From: Octopus vulgaris
Taxonomy: Eukaryota
Assembly (NCBI GenBank): GCA_951406725.2
Contig: OX597822.1
Coordinates: forward strand, 66,650,001-66,714,000
Reading direction: 5' to 3'
DNA length: 64,000 nt
The translations under genes were made by a program, and so were the position numbers. Below are positions 1-14,398 of the stretch, piece by piece; the first letter of the stretch is position 1, and each line of letters starts with the position of its first letter. The notes below the pieces were generated by a model. It ran no database searches. It was given only the letters and a program-made list of their open reading frames with translations, and was not told the DNA's origin.

Positions 1-172
1 CATATGTACGCAACTGGCTGAGCGAAAGAGAAGTAAAGAGCACGCAACATACTTTAGTTGGAATTGTATGGATTTGAATACAGGTCGGTAGCTGAGTCAA
101 CATTTCTCAATATTTCGCTCTGCCTCCATCTCTCAGTTTCTGTTTATACATATATGATATATATCTTATTAT

Positions 173-759
173 AAGGCGGCGAGCTGGGAGAAACGTTAGC
201 AAGAAAGGCGAAATGCTTGGCAGTATTTCGTCTGCCGCTACGTTCTGAGTTCACATTTCGCCGTGGTCGACTATGCCTTTCATCATTTCGTGGTCGATAA
301 ATTAAGTACCAGTTACGCACTGAGGTCGATATAATCGACTTAATCCGTTTGTCTGTCCTTGTTTGTCCTCTCTGCGTTTAGCTCCTTGTGGGTAGTAAAG
401 AAATAGGTATTTCGTCTGCCGCTACGTTCTTAGTTCAAATTCCGCCGAGATGGACTTTGCCATTCATCTTTTCGGGGTCGAATAAATAAGTACCAGTCGC
501 GCACTGGGGTCGATATAATCGACTTAATCCGTTTGTCTGTCCTTGTTTGTCCTCTCTGTGTTTAGCTCCTTGTGGGTAGTAAAGAAATAGGTATTTCGTC
601 TGTCTTTGCGTTCTGAGTTCAATTTCCGCCGAGGTCGACTTTGCCTTTCATCCTCTCGGGGTCGATAAATTAAGTACCAATTGTGTACTGTCATCGATCT
701 AATCAAACGACTCTCCCTCTCCCCCAAAATTTCGTGCGTTGTGCCTAGAGGAGAAAAGA
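173..759 (+). mobile_element. tRNA-derived SINE, family 1 (Meta/MESC-like central domain), with internally triplicated 184-bp body
   Basis: Head GGCGGCGAGCTGG...B-box-like GAGTTCAAATTC; body GTCGACTTTGCCTTTCATCC..GGGGTCGATAAATTAAGTACCAG; unit GTATTTCGTCTG recurs at 223, 407, 591; exact 16-bp TSD ATATATATCTTATTAT at 157-172 and 760-775. Confidence 0.9.
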
Positions 760-1099
760 ATATATATCTTATTATGATGTGTCTGGACTCTTAACACATC
801 TGTAACACGTAAGAAACAGAATACATCAGAGAATAGTGGACATTGTATGTGTTGGGTACATCAGACTTTGAGTTATTGATCACCCAAATTCTTAGAATTG
901 TATTGAAATGCCAACAAAATGCTTGATTTCTGCGAAAGTTCAAATCTTGCTGTCTATAAACGGGTAATGTTGCATAGGAGCGATTACTTCCCAAGAGCTA
1001 TTTAAGGCTCTACATGATAGCTTAAGCAATCTTTTATGGAAGACATTCATATTAGGAAATTTGGACAACTTCCAACAATCCTTCGGCGGCGTCTTTTCT

Positions 1100-2330
1100 T
1101 ACATATGATTTTGTGTTGGTGTTGATGTGGTTGTGGTGTAGGCAATGGGTGGGGAATAATTTGATTATCTAAGATTAGGAATCCTTTTGATATTTGGTAA
1201 TCCAACAGACTTAAAATTTTGCCTATCTGGCCACTACGCTACTCCTCGTATGGTTTCCATGTCCTCCATATAAATGTGGACTGCAATTGTAGATTCTTTG
1301 CTTTGAGCAGCATTTCCACCTCCACCTTGATGCGTATCTCCCCATATTTCACCTCCACCATGATACATATCTCCCCATATTCCCGAATCATCTCGAAATA
1401 GTGTATATTCAGTTCAGGAGGCACATTTGAAAATATTACTCTATTCATCTATTTCTCCATATAAGAGGGAATTGAAATATGCTCTTCTGAGGAACACATC
1501 TGGATCGTATATGATTTTGCTTTTTCCGTTGTCGGGTATAACTGTGACAAGAGAGCCAATCTCTTATGATTTCGTTAAATTACATATTAAATCCAGCAGT
1601 CTATCATGCATTTCTCAGCCTGTACTGCTTCTAAGTAAGCGGGGTTTTTTTTTCCTCCAGAAATCTATCTCCCAAGTTGGAATTGCCGAAATGCAATCTA
1701 AAATCCCTCTCAATGGCGTGATCTATTCATCGACAGATGCCGCCTCATTAGCTTTCAAAATGTTATTGCTGCTATTGTTTTTATTGTTTGTAGTCATAGC
1801 CGAGATGGAGTTATTGTTATTGGTGTTAGTGATAACGAAGCTTTTGATTTTTGTGCTGGTTTTTGTGCATTTGCTAATCCTTTCCTTGTTTTGTATCTAC
1901 TTTACATTGTTGTCAGTGTTGTTGCCGATGGTGGAGGTAGTATGGTAGTGAAAGTGGTATGGTAGTGAAGGTGGTGATAGTGGTAGTGATGGTGGTGGTA
2001 TTGACTCCGTTGTATGTTTTCAGTTTCTGCTGTTCGTCTTCAATGTTTTCGTTACTTTTCTACCTTAAGCTGTCATCAGTTTACACAACGACGCTGTGCG
2101 CTTTGATGCTCTCATTAATCTCTGAAACTCTCGTTACTCTCCCCATCACTCTCTTTAATAAGCTAGACTAATTCCTCTGATGTTTTCTCCACGGAGGTCA
2201 AAAACGAAATTTTGCAAGTGGAAGTAAAATTAAGTCGACAGTTCCCCCACCCCACCCAAATATTGGGGGACTACATACAAGGCAAACTCACCACCTGTCT
2301 GTAGATAACTTCTTGTTCATCATGGTACGA
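1100..2330 (-). pseudogene. Possible decayed LINE ORF1/5-prime region
   Basis: Fragmented minus-strand frames including RVIFSNVPPEL and a degenerate zinc-knuckle-like stretch near 1230-1280; 30-bp tandem duplication at 1318-1382; weak assignment. Confidence 0.3.
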
Positions 2331-2512
2331 AACTTAAAATGAATGCAGGCATTTTTAAAGAAATCTGAGGCGCTGTTTAACAGTTGACCGCCATATTAAT
2401 TTGGTTTGGTTCAGGTTCGGTCTCATTCCTGATCGGATTCATGTGGATAGCAGGTTACTTCTTGTAACCGTTGTTGTTGTTGTTTTTATCATTATTATGA
2501 ATACTATTATTT

Positions 2513-2727
2513 AAGGCAACCAGATTGCAGAAGCATTAACCCTCTAGACGAAAATGCTTATCGGTATTTCGCCCATCGCTACGCTCTGAGTTCAGATTCT
2601 GCCGAAGTCAACTTGGCCTTTCATCCTTCTGGGGTCGATTAATTAAGTACTAGAGAAACACTGAGGTCGATTTAATTGACTTAACACCTCCCACCAAATT
2701 TGAGGCCTTTTCCCTCCAGTAGAAAAT
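2513..2727 (+). mobile_element. SINE family 1, diverged monomer with (ATT)n tail
   Basis: Same head/body motifs as 173-759, followed by (ATT)n-rich tract to about 2942. Confidence 0.85.
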
Positions 2728-2886
2728 ATTATTGTTATTATAATTATTATTATTTTTATAATTATAATTATTATTATTATTATTATTATTATTAAGAAGA
2801 AGAAGAAAAAGAAGAACAATAACAACAACAACAACAACAAGATGTATTGTTGTTATTGCTGTTATTAATATCATCATCCTCATGAA

Positions 2887-2917
<31 letters not shown>

Positions 2918-4659
2918 TATTATTATTATTATTATTATTATTTCCAGACATAAAAAGGTAAATATTTGCGCAGTATTTCCATTTCACATTAAATTCTCAT
3001 TTAAAATCTACGAAAAGGATTTAAAATATATAATACTTCGATGAATATATCATAAATATGCTAAACATTACGATTCAGTGAAATTATTGATATTTTATGT
3101 CTGAAAAAGTCAATTGTACGAAGTTTTTTAAAAATATGGATGATATTAGCAGTAAAGAGAATATAATTCTTTCGTTTGAATTCTCTTTTCACGCTTCATT
3201 TTACTTTTTTGCTTGCTGTATTATAAATGGCTTTACATATTACATAAATAGTGTACACTTAAATGATTTTACATTACTTATATGTGTGTGTGTGTGTATA
3301 TGTATGTATATGTGTATGTATTCGTATAAAAATTTGTGAAGTTACATGATATTCACGTTTTGTATTGCCGTGTAGCCTCTCAAGAATATTATCTTAAGTG
3401 ATACTAAGCACGAGATATAACAAGCAATTTACTGGTAAGTGGTAAACATCTATGTATAGGTCTGTCTACTGTATTTCGAGATTGGAACAGGAAGATTACA
3501 AAAAAAAATCTTATAAAAGAAAAAGACTTTCAATGGCTTTGAGCGCTCAGGAGCATGTTTTTAAAGCGTTTATGATGAATGGAAGAGAGGATGCAATCTT
3601 CACTGGAAATATATTCCTAATGCTTGCAATGAAGTGGACTCCATTAAAGATACTCGAGAACGGGTGTTGGAGGTCATCCGAACGACGGAGGAAGTGCAGT
3701 AATCGTTCAGTTACAGTGTTTCGACGGAATTACTCCCAACGCATTTTACAGGTAACATTTAAGGTTGAGTCAAAGTTGTAGTAGAAGGCATATAGTCCTT
3801 TGTGTCTCCAGTACCTTTCAACATTATGAATGCATAATGTCAACCTTCTCCATTTAGGTAGTGTTTAAGGTAGTGTTTAGGTAGTGTTATACACTACTGC
3901 TTCATTTATAGTTGTTTCTTCATGGTCTATTCTATTATCCTTGAGGTACTGAAATTGATCACCTTAATATGATTAGATGATAGTTGAAAGCCCAGAAAGA
4001 TTTTATTTTTTTAGGAACAAAACGTTAACACACTGCAATGTATTCCCAAATAAAATATTATATCTTTGTTGAAAAATATATATTCTGTTGTACGGAATTT
4101 TATAGAGGATATCTTTTACAATTAATTAGGATAAATTTTATATGACAGTTGTTGCTTTTTCTCTGACGACGCACTGAGTACACTCTAACCACTTGATGTT
4201 TTTGCTTAAAAATCATGAATTATCAGACATTGATACAGACCGTCACGACGACATCCGGCTCTCCATGGAGTAGCACTTTCAGAGAGGGAGAAAGCGACAA
4301 ACGGACAGAGTCAGAGGTAGACTAGCAGGCAGGCAGGCAGACCGATAGACTGAAAAAAGCGCTGGCAGACAGAAAGGAACCCAATAGAGAGAAAGAAAAC
4401 CGAACGTCGTTATTTTCTTTGATATCTTGAAAATGTTCAGAGTGATTTTATATACGTTCGCATTAAACAATCGGGGAGGGTCTATCGCTGAGTGGTCTGA
4501 CAAGTATGCTGAAATGCACATATGCACATATCAGACACACGTAAATACATGCATATTTAGAGATGCACACAAACACACACACAGAAATGTATAGGATTAT
4601 TAATGCAAACATGATCTATGGAAGTCTGTAAATAAATTTGTTTATATATTTATCATTGA

Positions 4660-4986
4660 AGGCGCATGGTTAAGTGGTTAGAGCATCGGGTTCACAATCA
4701 TTAGGTAGGGTGTTCGATTACCGGGCAGGTCTATGTATTGTGTTCTTAAACAAAACTCATTATTTCACAGTGCTCCAGTTCACGTGGCTGTAGAAATGAG
4801 TTGCGACGTCACAGGTGCCAAAATATCGGTCTTTAACTTTCCTTTGGATAACATTGATGGCGCGGATAGGGTAGGCTGGTATGCATGGGCGACTGATGGT
4901 CTTCCGTAAACAACCTTTCCCGGGCTTATGCTTTGGAGAGAAACTTTCTAGGTGCAATCCCATGGTCATTCACGACAGAAGGGGTT
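4660..4986 (+). mobile_element. tRNA-derived SINE, family 3
   Basis: A-box-like TGGTTAAGTGG and B-box GTTCGATT; colinear over about 325 bp with 9789-10111. Confidence 0.85.
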
Positions 4987-6087
4987 GGTTTAGCGCATAC
5001 CTTTTTATTAATTATTATATCGGAAAAAGCTTCATCTGTAAATCTGAGGCTCGAAGCATCTTGCGTAGACTCATATCAATCTTTCTCTTAATTTTTTGCA
5101 TTGATGAATGCGCTTGGACGAGATTTTCGGCGCTTTTGTCACTGATGTAGCTTCCCAGCTACAATACATTAATATATTGTTTCGAGAGAACGTCATAACG
5201 ATAACACTAAACACGGAACAGTCATAATTCTTATAAAAGAGACAAAAGAAAAGGGGGCGTCATTAAATCTGATGGCATGATGTGTCTCCAACCGCAAAAT
5301 GGATGCAGTTGACCTTTTTTTTTTTTCAAAATAGCCGATCGTCACTCGATTGACCTGTATTCACTAATTACGATACTGCCGTAATAAACGCACCTATTTA
5401 ATAGAATATTTGCCAAGAAACTAGCATTTAGCGAGTATTGTATTATATGATTAAAGAAAGTCGTTCAGTGCAAAGTGAATCAACCTATCCTACAAGCTGT
5501 GTATCAAATATGATTCTAATACTTGTAAAATAATGCACATAAGGTTAAGAAAAATGATGACGGTTCAAGTGCAGAGACGACGTTGGGGCATGAAAATGCA
5601 TATATTTTAATGAAATTAATAATTTAATTTCAAGCTTAAACTCTTCCGATTAAATGACAGAGTTAAACTTTCTCTATTTTTCTCACTTTCTCTATCTACC
5701 TCTCTCTCTCTCTCTCTCACTCTCTCTCTCTCCCGCTCTCTTGCTCTCTCTCTCTTTCTCATTGGCTCTCTTCTCTCTAGCTATTTATTAATCTTTATGA
5801 ATATTCGCAAATCTTAATTAGTTGCCATAGATATAAAAGTGCGTATGGAAGTATATGTGCATTGATTTAGAGTTTCATGGACAGATTCATGTGTGAGAGC
5901 AATTACATACGCAGAGGTTTATGTAATTAGAAATGGAAGTGTACACACAGAAATACTAACACACACATGAATATTTATACGTATATATAATATATATATA
6001 TATATATAACGATAAAAACAGATAGTAATATACATATATGTCTGTGTATGTGTGTGTATGTGACGCACGTCTGTTTGTGCATGCATG

Positions 6088-6133
<46 letters not shown>

Positions 6134-6307
6134 TAAGAAAGTTTGTTTGGTAAAGCACGTGGGTGAATATATAAGAAAATAGTAAAGTGTGAAAAAACGA
6201 CAGAAGGCTTAAATGTTAAAAGATATATATATTTGTGTCAAAATGTCTGGAGAATATTGGAAAAATTTTTTTCCTTTCCTTAAAATGACATAATTTTTAA
6301 ATTTTTA

Positions 6308-6347
6308 AAGAAATTACCGGTTTCGCGTGTAGCTTTTCAAATTTCTT
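6308..6347 (-). ncRNA. Minimal type I hammerhead ribozyme, U3-A8 core variant
   Basis: Minus strand AAGAAAU-UUGAAAA-GCuacacGC-GAAA-CCGG-UA-AUUUCUU: 7-bp stem I, 2-bp stem II, palindromic ACCGGU stem III, GUA cleavage triplet. Confidence 0.85.
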
Positions 6348-6483
6348 GTGACGTTATGTTTATATTGCATGGATTTATCGTTGTTTTTATTTCCAGGAGA
6401 TTTCTAAATAAGGGGAGGTAGTGAGTGATTTTTTCCGGTGTAGGGGAGATAATCGCTTAAAAAATTTTTTTCCCATTTCCTTG

Positions 6484-6980
6484 TTAATTTCTCTGTGTCA
6501 GTATGTTCGGATGGTTGAGTCTGGGTTTGTACTTTTCAATGAAGAATGTTTCCTTGTTCAGTCTCATTTGTGTTGATGATCCGAAAGCACATTGGTAAAA
6601 TGGGAAGATTAAAAATTGTGGCAGTAGTTGCTTTGCGCATTTCTCAATGTGCTCACTAAAAGGTATCATTCTATATTCTGGGAATGCAATCTGTTGTCGA
6701 TGCAGTGTGCATCTGCGCCTGAGTGATAGTCCCGTGGAACCCACGTAGTCTTGGTGGCAGCCCGAGCATTTAATAACATAAATTATGTTTTCAGAGGCAC
6801 AAGTAAAGTTAGATTTGATCTTAAATTTCTGTCCTTCTTTAAAGAAGAATTCTGATCCTTCCAATAGGTTAGGACATGTTGCACAGTTCGATCTACCACA
6901 TTTTTTTACTTTTGCATCCGTAATTTTAGAAGACAATTTTGCCTTTGTGAGAATCTTTTTAAGTGATTTAGGCTGTTTGT
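6484..6980 (-). pseudogene. PLE C-terminal fragment: Cys linker + GIY-YIG endonuclease
   Basis: Frame reads KQPKSLKKILTKAK..CGRSNCATC..ENIIYVIKCSGCHQDYVGSTG..RCTLHRQQI..IFPFY..E..FIEKYKPRLN; colinear with the ORF at 61681-62622. Confidence 0.9.
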
Positions 6981-7109
6981 AGTATATATATATACTTTAT
7001 TTAAAAGCAGCAGAAATTCGACAAAACCTGTATATATATGTATACACATATGTGTATCCATATATGTATATATATATCGATACACAGACACTGATTGGCA
7101 GATAAATAG

Positions 7110-7144
<35 letters not shown>

Positions 7145-7897
7145 TAGAATGTGAGAGGGGGAGTGAAAGAAAGAGAGAAAGAAAGGCTGGGGTAAACTAG
7201 ACAGGTTGTATTTTTGTTGGGTGTTTCATATGAAGCAATGTTTCGGTACATGGGAGCGATTGTGTTTAATCAATTTGAAACCTTTGTTCATTAAGGAAAT
7301 GAGTGAATGCATGTGTGTATGTACGTGAGTGATCAGAACGAAGATATGTTCATATCTTTTAACTCGCAATTGTACCCAAGGATGTAAAGGATATTTGCTG
7401 AGTTTTTTTTCTTTTTTATTTGCCTAGAAGACAAAATTTTCAAAATAAATTAAAAGTAGAAGACCACATCAGACTGAACCCCAAGTGACATGACTGGTCG
7501 ATGGATTCGATAGAAAGTGATGTAATACTTCGTTGTTACAGTTAAATAATGCTATGTATATGACCAACATCGCATCACTCTGATTAAGAGGTTATATAGG
7601 TGTAAACATATGCACGATGAATACTGTGAACTTTCCAAAGCGAATATGTCAAACCTCGATTAAAGAAACCATAAAACTGGAAATGTGTCGTTTATTGAAT
7701 AGAAGAGAGAAAGCAGTTCTACATACAGTTTATGTGTCTGTATGTAGAGGCATACAGACACATAAACACAAGCGCAAACACACACACAAATGTACACACG
7801 CTCACACACGCACTTAAACACACTGTACATGCAGAAGTATTTCTCTCTTTCGGTGACTGTGAATACATTATATACACATATATGCGTGTTTGTGTGT

Positions 7898-7977
<80 letters not shown>

Positions 7978-8684
7978 ATTTATATATATATATATAAATG
8001 TGAAATACGTATATGTAATATGGCGTATGTATTAATACATGTGTGTCAATGTAATATAGGAAGGTAACATTTCTACGTTATTTCTAAAGTAATATGATAT
8101 CAATTAATTTGCTACTTAATTTTATGACTGTGCGAGTAAATTAAAGTAGTAATTTAATAGTATTTAATAAATAAGAATTCATAATATAAATTATAATTAA
8201 ATTATGAATATAAAAATTAATAAGCGTTGCTAATATAACTTCAAATTGCAACAGCATTTCATTTGAAAGTGAATGCTGTCACTTTGGAATATAACTTTCG
8301 ATTCATTTACGTAAATATATCCTATGATACTTTGATCATTATATTTAAACTTGTATCTAATTATCTTTCAAACTTATACAATATTACGTAGTGTGTAGGT
8401 TCTGAGTTCGTATCTCAATGAAACTGTTTAAAGAATTAAGTTATTATAATAGACACGTTATCTTTGAATGATTTAATATATATATGAGTTCTAAATTTAA
8501 TGAATCATAATAAATTTAGACATTTAAAAATATGTGTTACTCATTGCATCATTCTTGGGAGTTATATATTTAATAATATGTTTGAAAACTATTTGATAAT
8601 TTCACGATATTCAATTTTATGAAGTATATTTATTAAAGATTATTACTTACCCCTTATATACAATATATAAAATATTATATAAAG

Positions 8685-8730
<46 letters not shown>

Positions 8731-9788
8731 TATGTATGTATTTATGCATATAGATATACACACCTATATATATACATATATCATCCATTTATGTGTATGT
8801 GAGTCTGTATATAATATTATCTGTTATATGTTTTGCTGCTGCAGTCAGAGCTCCATCCACTTATTGTAATTGCAATAGAAGGAAACAAGATGTCAGAAAT
8901 TGGAGGTGGTGAAGTTGTAGGAATTCCCCAACTCCCCTGTGTGACTCTTTTCGGAGGTATGGCAAGAACCCTAATCCAGTTGCCTCATATATGGCCTTCT
9001 ACAAGCAATCTCTTCCAGCCAGCGTTTGAGCACAGTCTACAGCAGCTCCGGGTTGCCGTCTGAATTCAGGTTGAGGTCCTGTCCATCATATCAATGAATA
9101 TCGACTTTCGGACGTAGTCCGGGCGCCTACTGTGTCATGTCGACCAAGATTTTGTACTTCCCGTTGCGACTATTCACGCCACGTTTGTATTCAGAAAGCA
9201 GTGAGCGGCAGCTTGAGTTATCACGATGCAGTTAAATATTTTTTAATATTAAGATGGCTTCCAGTCCTAGAAGTCGGCTAACCTTTTCTCAATGTCAATC
9301 TTTACGCTCTTCAACGCTATTAACTCTTCACCATTACATCAAGCTGTTACTGAAAAAAAAATATATAATATCGTCAAATTTAACTCGAGTACGCTGTAAG
9401 TCATTCCCATAATATTACACAGATGATGTAATATTATATATTACATCTTCTATATTACATCACTCGGGTTTGAAACCCCTAGTCAGATCACCATGGTAAA
9501 TGAACATTGAAAGCATCAGTGGTATATGATATATGCTTATGCCTCCGTAGTTATCATGAAAACTACTGCCCTGTCTGCGGCTACACCCGAACATAGTACG
9601 GTTCTGGTTGATGAACTTGTCTACTCTACAACAAAACTCAGACTCCCAATGGAATACTGCTCAAACGGCAGCTACAGGTCTATGGTTACACAAATATCCT
9701 ACAAAATAAAATAGAGAAAGTTGCCCGGGTGAAGAATATACTTTAAATAAACACAAAAACCATTATTTAATATATCCTCAATCTGTGA

Positions 9789-10111
9789 AAGCGCATGGGT
9801 CAATGGTTAGAGCTCCGGTCTTACGGCCGTGAGGTTGTGAGTTTGAATCCCGGACCGGGCTGCGTGATGTGTTCTTCAGCAAGACACTTTATTTCGCGTT
9901 GCACTCAGCTGTAGAAATGAGTTGCGACGTCACTGATACCAAGCTGTATCGGCCTTTGCCTTTCCCTTGGATAATATCAGTGGCGTGGAGAGAGGAGACT
10001 GGTATGCTTGGGCGACTGCTGATCTTCCATAAACAACGTTGCCCGGACTTGTGTCTTGGAGGGTAACTTTCTAGGTGCAATCTCATGGTCATTCGTGACT
10101 GAAGGGGGTCT
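9789..10111 (+). mobile_element. tRNA-derived SINE, family 3
   Basis: Second copy of the 4660-4986 element. Confidence 0.85.
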
Positions 10112-11274
10112 CCACATCATCAATCTACTCCTACTTTAACTGAGCCTCGTCATCGCAAATAACTATTTGCATGTTGCTTCCGTCGCATATCACACGAGAT
10201 ATGCCTTTCATCTCATTCTATTTTGCACTCTCTGTCTTAAATATATTTCCCTCATATTCTTTAGAGCCAGAATTATACTTCCTTAAAATTTATCTATCGC
10301 TCACATATTCCTTGTAGTTACGAACTGGTAAACTTTGAAAGAAACAGCCACGTATCAAGTTTAGGACTTTGAGAAGTAAAGTAGATACTTCTCGCTAATA
10401 CTAGAAGAAATGAGGACACCATCTTCTACCATCTTTCGGAATATATGTGAAAAGCTAACTCAATCTTGGTAGAGACTTACCATAACACACAGAGTTGCTA
10501 AATTCACTTTTGATTTAAATTTATTTCATCAAGCATCAGAATAAAAATTTTAGTCGCACATATTTTACTTAAGAAATGACCTTAAAAGGATGTACCTGCT
10601 TTAGTTTTATCACGGGTTCAGATCAAGTGATTTAATAAATACCATCCTGAAATTTGTGAAATCGTTTTACGCCTACGCTGTATTTTCAATTTTGCGCAGT
10701 ATGTACAATATTGCTAATTATTCTAAACATGTATTTATGAATAAGCTTGAACTAAACTGCCAAATATTGTTAAGCATATCTACGAAACTGAATTTATTAG
10801 AAATAGAATTTTCACAAAATCGCATATATTTATGCAAGTAATTATGCTTACTCTTCCATGTTGCCTTTTGATTTTCTCACTTTAGATTTTATATATTGAG
10901 TCAGCATCGTTAATCCTTGATTAAAGAATTGTTTTTATTTTCCAGCAATATCATTCAAAACCAAACAGAAAAAAAAATTATTGATATTTATTTCATTTCT
11001 CTGTCGATTTTTATTTGCTCTCCTATTTTGATACAATGTCCAAGTATGAATATATATTTCTAAAATGCATAGATGCCCGTATGCATACATAAATGCATAC
11101 ATGCATACGCATATACGTGTGTGTGTGTGAGTGAGTGTGTGTGTGTGTGTGTGTGTATGTGTGCGCGTGTATTGCTTACCCAAGTTACTCTCTCTACCTG
11201 TCATATACATATATTTTATTTTGTGATACAACATACAGTTATCAGATACATACACTCACACAGGAGTATGGGTC

Positions 11275-12040
<766 letters not shown>

Positions 12041-12539
12041 AGACACAGAAACCAAGGCATATGATGCATCCAAAAGAGAAAAATAAATATTTGACAGGTA
12101 GAGGGGACATGTTTAGCATGCAATTATTTTATATCAGCAAAGAGATTATCTTGTAAATGGTAAAGAGAAATAAATTTCCTGAAGGAATAAATTAGGTGTC
12201 TTGAAGAGATCAGAATAAGTAAATTGGATATACTCTCTGCAATATCATATGTCATGTTGGTCTCATGCATTAAATTGCCATTTGGATGACATCGGAATCA
12301 ATTGACAAAAAAACGTCTAAGAAATTACCTTGCATTACAAATCTCTTGTACAAATCATATTTACCTGCCATGAAAATAGTATGATGAGACACCATATGCA
12401 TATGGAAGAGTGTAAAACCCCTTGTGATAGTTTGTGAATTGCTACGAAAATAAATAAATACAATGAACTCATTTTTACATCGTTCTTGTTCTTATTTCCC
12501 TCGTTTGGCGTCCTTGCTCTCCGTCTTTGTTCGTATAAA

Positions 12540-13200
12540 TCTTCTACTTTTTCTGCCTCCTCCTACTCATCTTCCTTTTCTTATACTAATCCTCTTTCAA
12601 CATCATCACGATCATCATCACGATCATCATCATCATGGTCGTCATCATCATCGGCCTTGTCATCATCATTTTCGTTGTTGTCGTTGCCTTCGTCATCATA
12701 ACCATCTCCATCATCATTATCTTCATCTTCATCATCACCGTATTTTTCATCTTCTCCATTTTCTTCTTCTTCTTCTTCTTCTTCTTCTTCTTCTTCTTCT
12801 TCTTCTTCTACCTCTACTTCTTCCCCTTCTTCCTCTCCCCCTTCTTCTCCTTCTTCTTCGTCTCCTTCTCCTCCTCCCCTTATTCTCTTCTTCTTCTTCT
12901 TCTTCTTCTTCTTCTTCTCTCTTCTTCTTCTCTTTCTTCTCCTTCCTCTTCTTCTCCTCCTCCTCCTTCTTCTTCTTCTTCTTCTTCTTCTTCTTCTTCT
13001 TCTTCTTCTTCTTCTTCTTCTTCTTCTCCTCTTCTTCTTCTTCTTCTCCCTCTTCTTCTCCTTCTCCTCCTCCTCCTCCTCCTTCTTCTTCTTTTCTTCG
13101 TCTTCTCCTTCTTCTTTATCAACTTCTTTTTCTTCCTCTTCTTCTTCTTCCTCTTCTTCTTCTCCTACTTCTTCTTCTGCCATCTTCCTCATCATTATTC
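12540..13200. repeat. (CAT)n then (CTT/CCT)n trinucleotide tract
   Basis: Direct inspection; 12760-13190 is nearly pure polypyrimidine. Confidence 0.95.
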
Positions 13201-13617
13201 TTAAACGTTTTGCCTCCCCTAAAGCCTGGCATGGATATTCTTCTCGTTCTTAACTGATTTATTCCTGACGTTGTTTGAAGAAAAGTCAAGATGATTCTCC
13301 TGCATTTCTCTAATAATGGTTGACATAGAGCAAACTTGTATGCTATCCGTTATTTTTTTATTTTGATTTTTTGTAGTTATACATTGGAGACAAGCAAGTT
13401 TTACTTCCTCTAAAAGGCTAGGCGACCTGCCTAAGATCTATTTAGTATATTTGTCATTTCATGCGCGAGCATAGCAGAGGCCACATTTCACTTGAAATGT
13501 TCTCGCACGTTATCATTTTCTGTTGCTTATTTTTTTCTTTCTGACAAAATTTGTTTCTCTACACTGTTAAAACTACCACATTGTACAAAAATATTGTTTT
13601 CATTAGTAGTATTATTC

Positions 13618-13700
13618 ATGTCACTGCCTGGAATTGAACTCAGAATCTTGGGGTTAGTAGCCCCCTCTCTTAACCACTTTGCCATATGCCCGTGGGCATA
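13618..13700 (-). mobile_element. tRNA-like SINE head fragment (internally deleted second copy at about 29088-29140)
   Basis: Minus strand GGGCATATGGCAAAGTGGTTAAG...GAGTTCAATTCCAGGCAGTGAC; A/B boxes but no complete acceptor stem. Confidence 0.65.
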
Positions 13701-14046
13701 TTTATTTTTTCTTTCTGAATGATCGTTTCTGGCGATCTGTAAACAGTGTTGGCCAGGAATTCATGCTAATAACAAACTTCATATGATATCTAGTTCGTTG
13801 TCTTAACATTTCTGCAAATATGACACGTTCATTTCTGGATTTCATTGACCAAGCTTGCAAGAATGTAAAACATCTGAATATAAGAAAAGGTGCGTCTCAT
13901 TCGACATATTTCAAAAATATATCGTCTACTATTGTTTCTCGTATACCTAATCTCTGATTGAAAGTAAAGCGACTAAATTTGTTTGAAATAGCTTCAGGTG
14001 AACTTCATCTGAAATACTGTAGTGGACATAATTAATTCTCACCATA

Positions 14047-14228
14047 CTCTTTACTCTTTTACTTGTTTCAGTAATTTGACAGCGGCCATGCTGGAGCACC
14101 GCCTTTTAGTCGAGCAAATCGCCCCAAGGATTTATTCTTTGTAAGCCTATTACTTGTTCTATCGGTCTGTTTTACCAAACCGCTAACTTTCGGGGACGTA
14201 AACACACCAGTATCGCTTGTCAAGCGAT
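14047..14228 (-). mobile_element. SINE family 2, 3-prime part
   Basis: Reverse complement of the 3-prime module at 40680-40872, with (AGTAAAAG)n tail. Confidence 0.8.
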
Positions 14229-14398
14229 GCAAAAGTGGATTTGTATAGAATCGATGTAAAAGAAAGTAAAGAGCAAAACGAAGACATGGAAATTTTCAAG
14301 GACATGGAATTCAGTAACATCGATTGAACGGAATGGGAATAAATAAATAATTAAATAAATAAGTAAATAAATAGGACAACTGGTGGCACACTGCGTGA

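Larger units (their letters stand above)
6132..6982 (-). mobile_element. 5-prime-truncated Neptune-type Penelope-like element (GIY-YIG endonuclease plus 3-prime pLTR)
   Basis: ORF 6484-6936 with CGRSNCATC linker, IIYVIKC..C..YVG GIY-YIG motif and PRLN end; flanked by (AT)n; hammerhead in the 3-prime region. Confidence 0.9.

Noticed and set aside
223-700. Regularly spaced repeats suggesting a CRISPR-like array
   Set aside because: Whole 184-bp units repeat with no unique spacers; they are SINE bodies in eukaryotic DNA.
3452-3781. 109-aa ORF as a host exon
   Set aside because: No recognisable motif or splice context; possibly an old transposon remnant.
12463-13257. His/Leu/Glu/Arg-rich ORFs, also at 23672-25300
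   Set aside because: Trinucleotide repeats open on both strands; no domain or splice support.
13621-13691. Possible tRNA gene, and other tRNA-like heads at 4660, 9789, 15457, 41628
   Set aside because: A/B boxes are present but no complete cloverleaf or acceptor stem; they continue into SINE bodies or recur as decayed copies.
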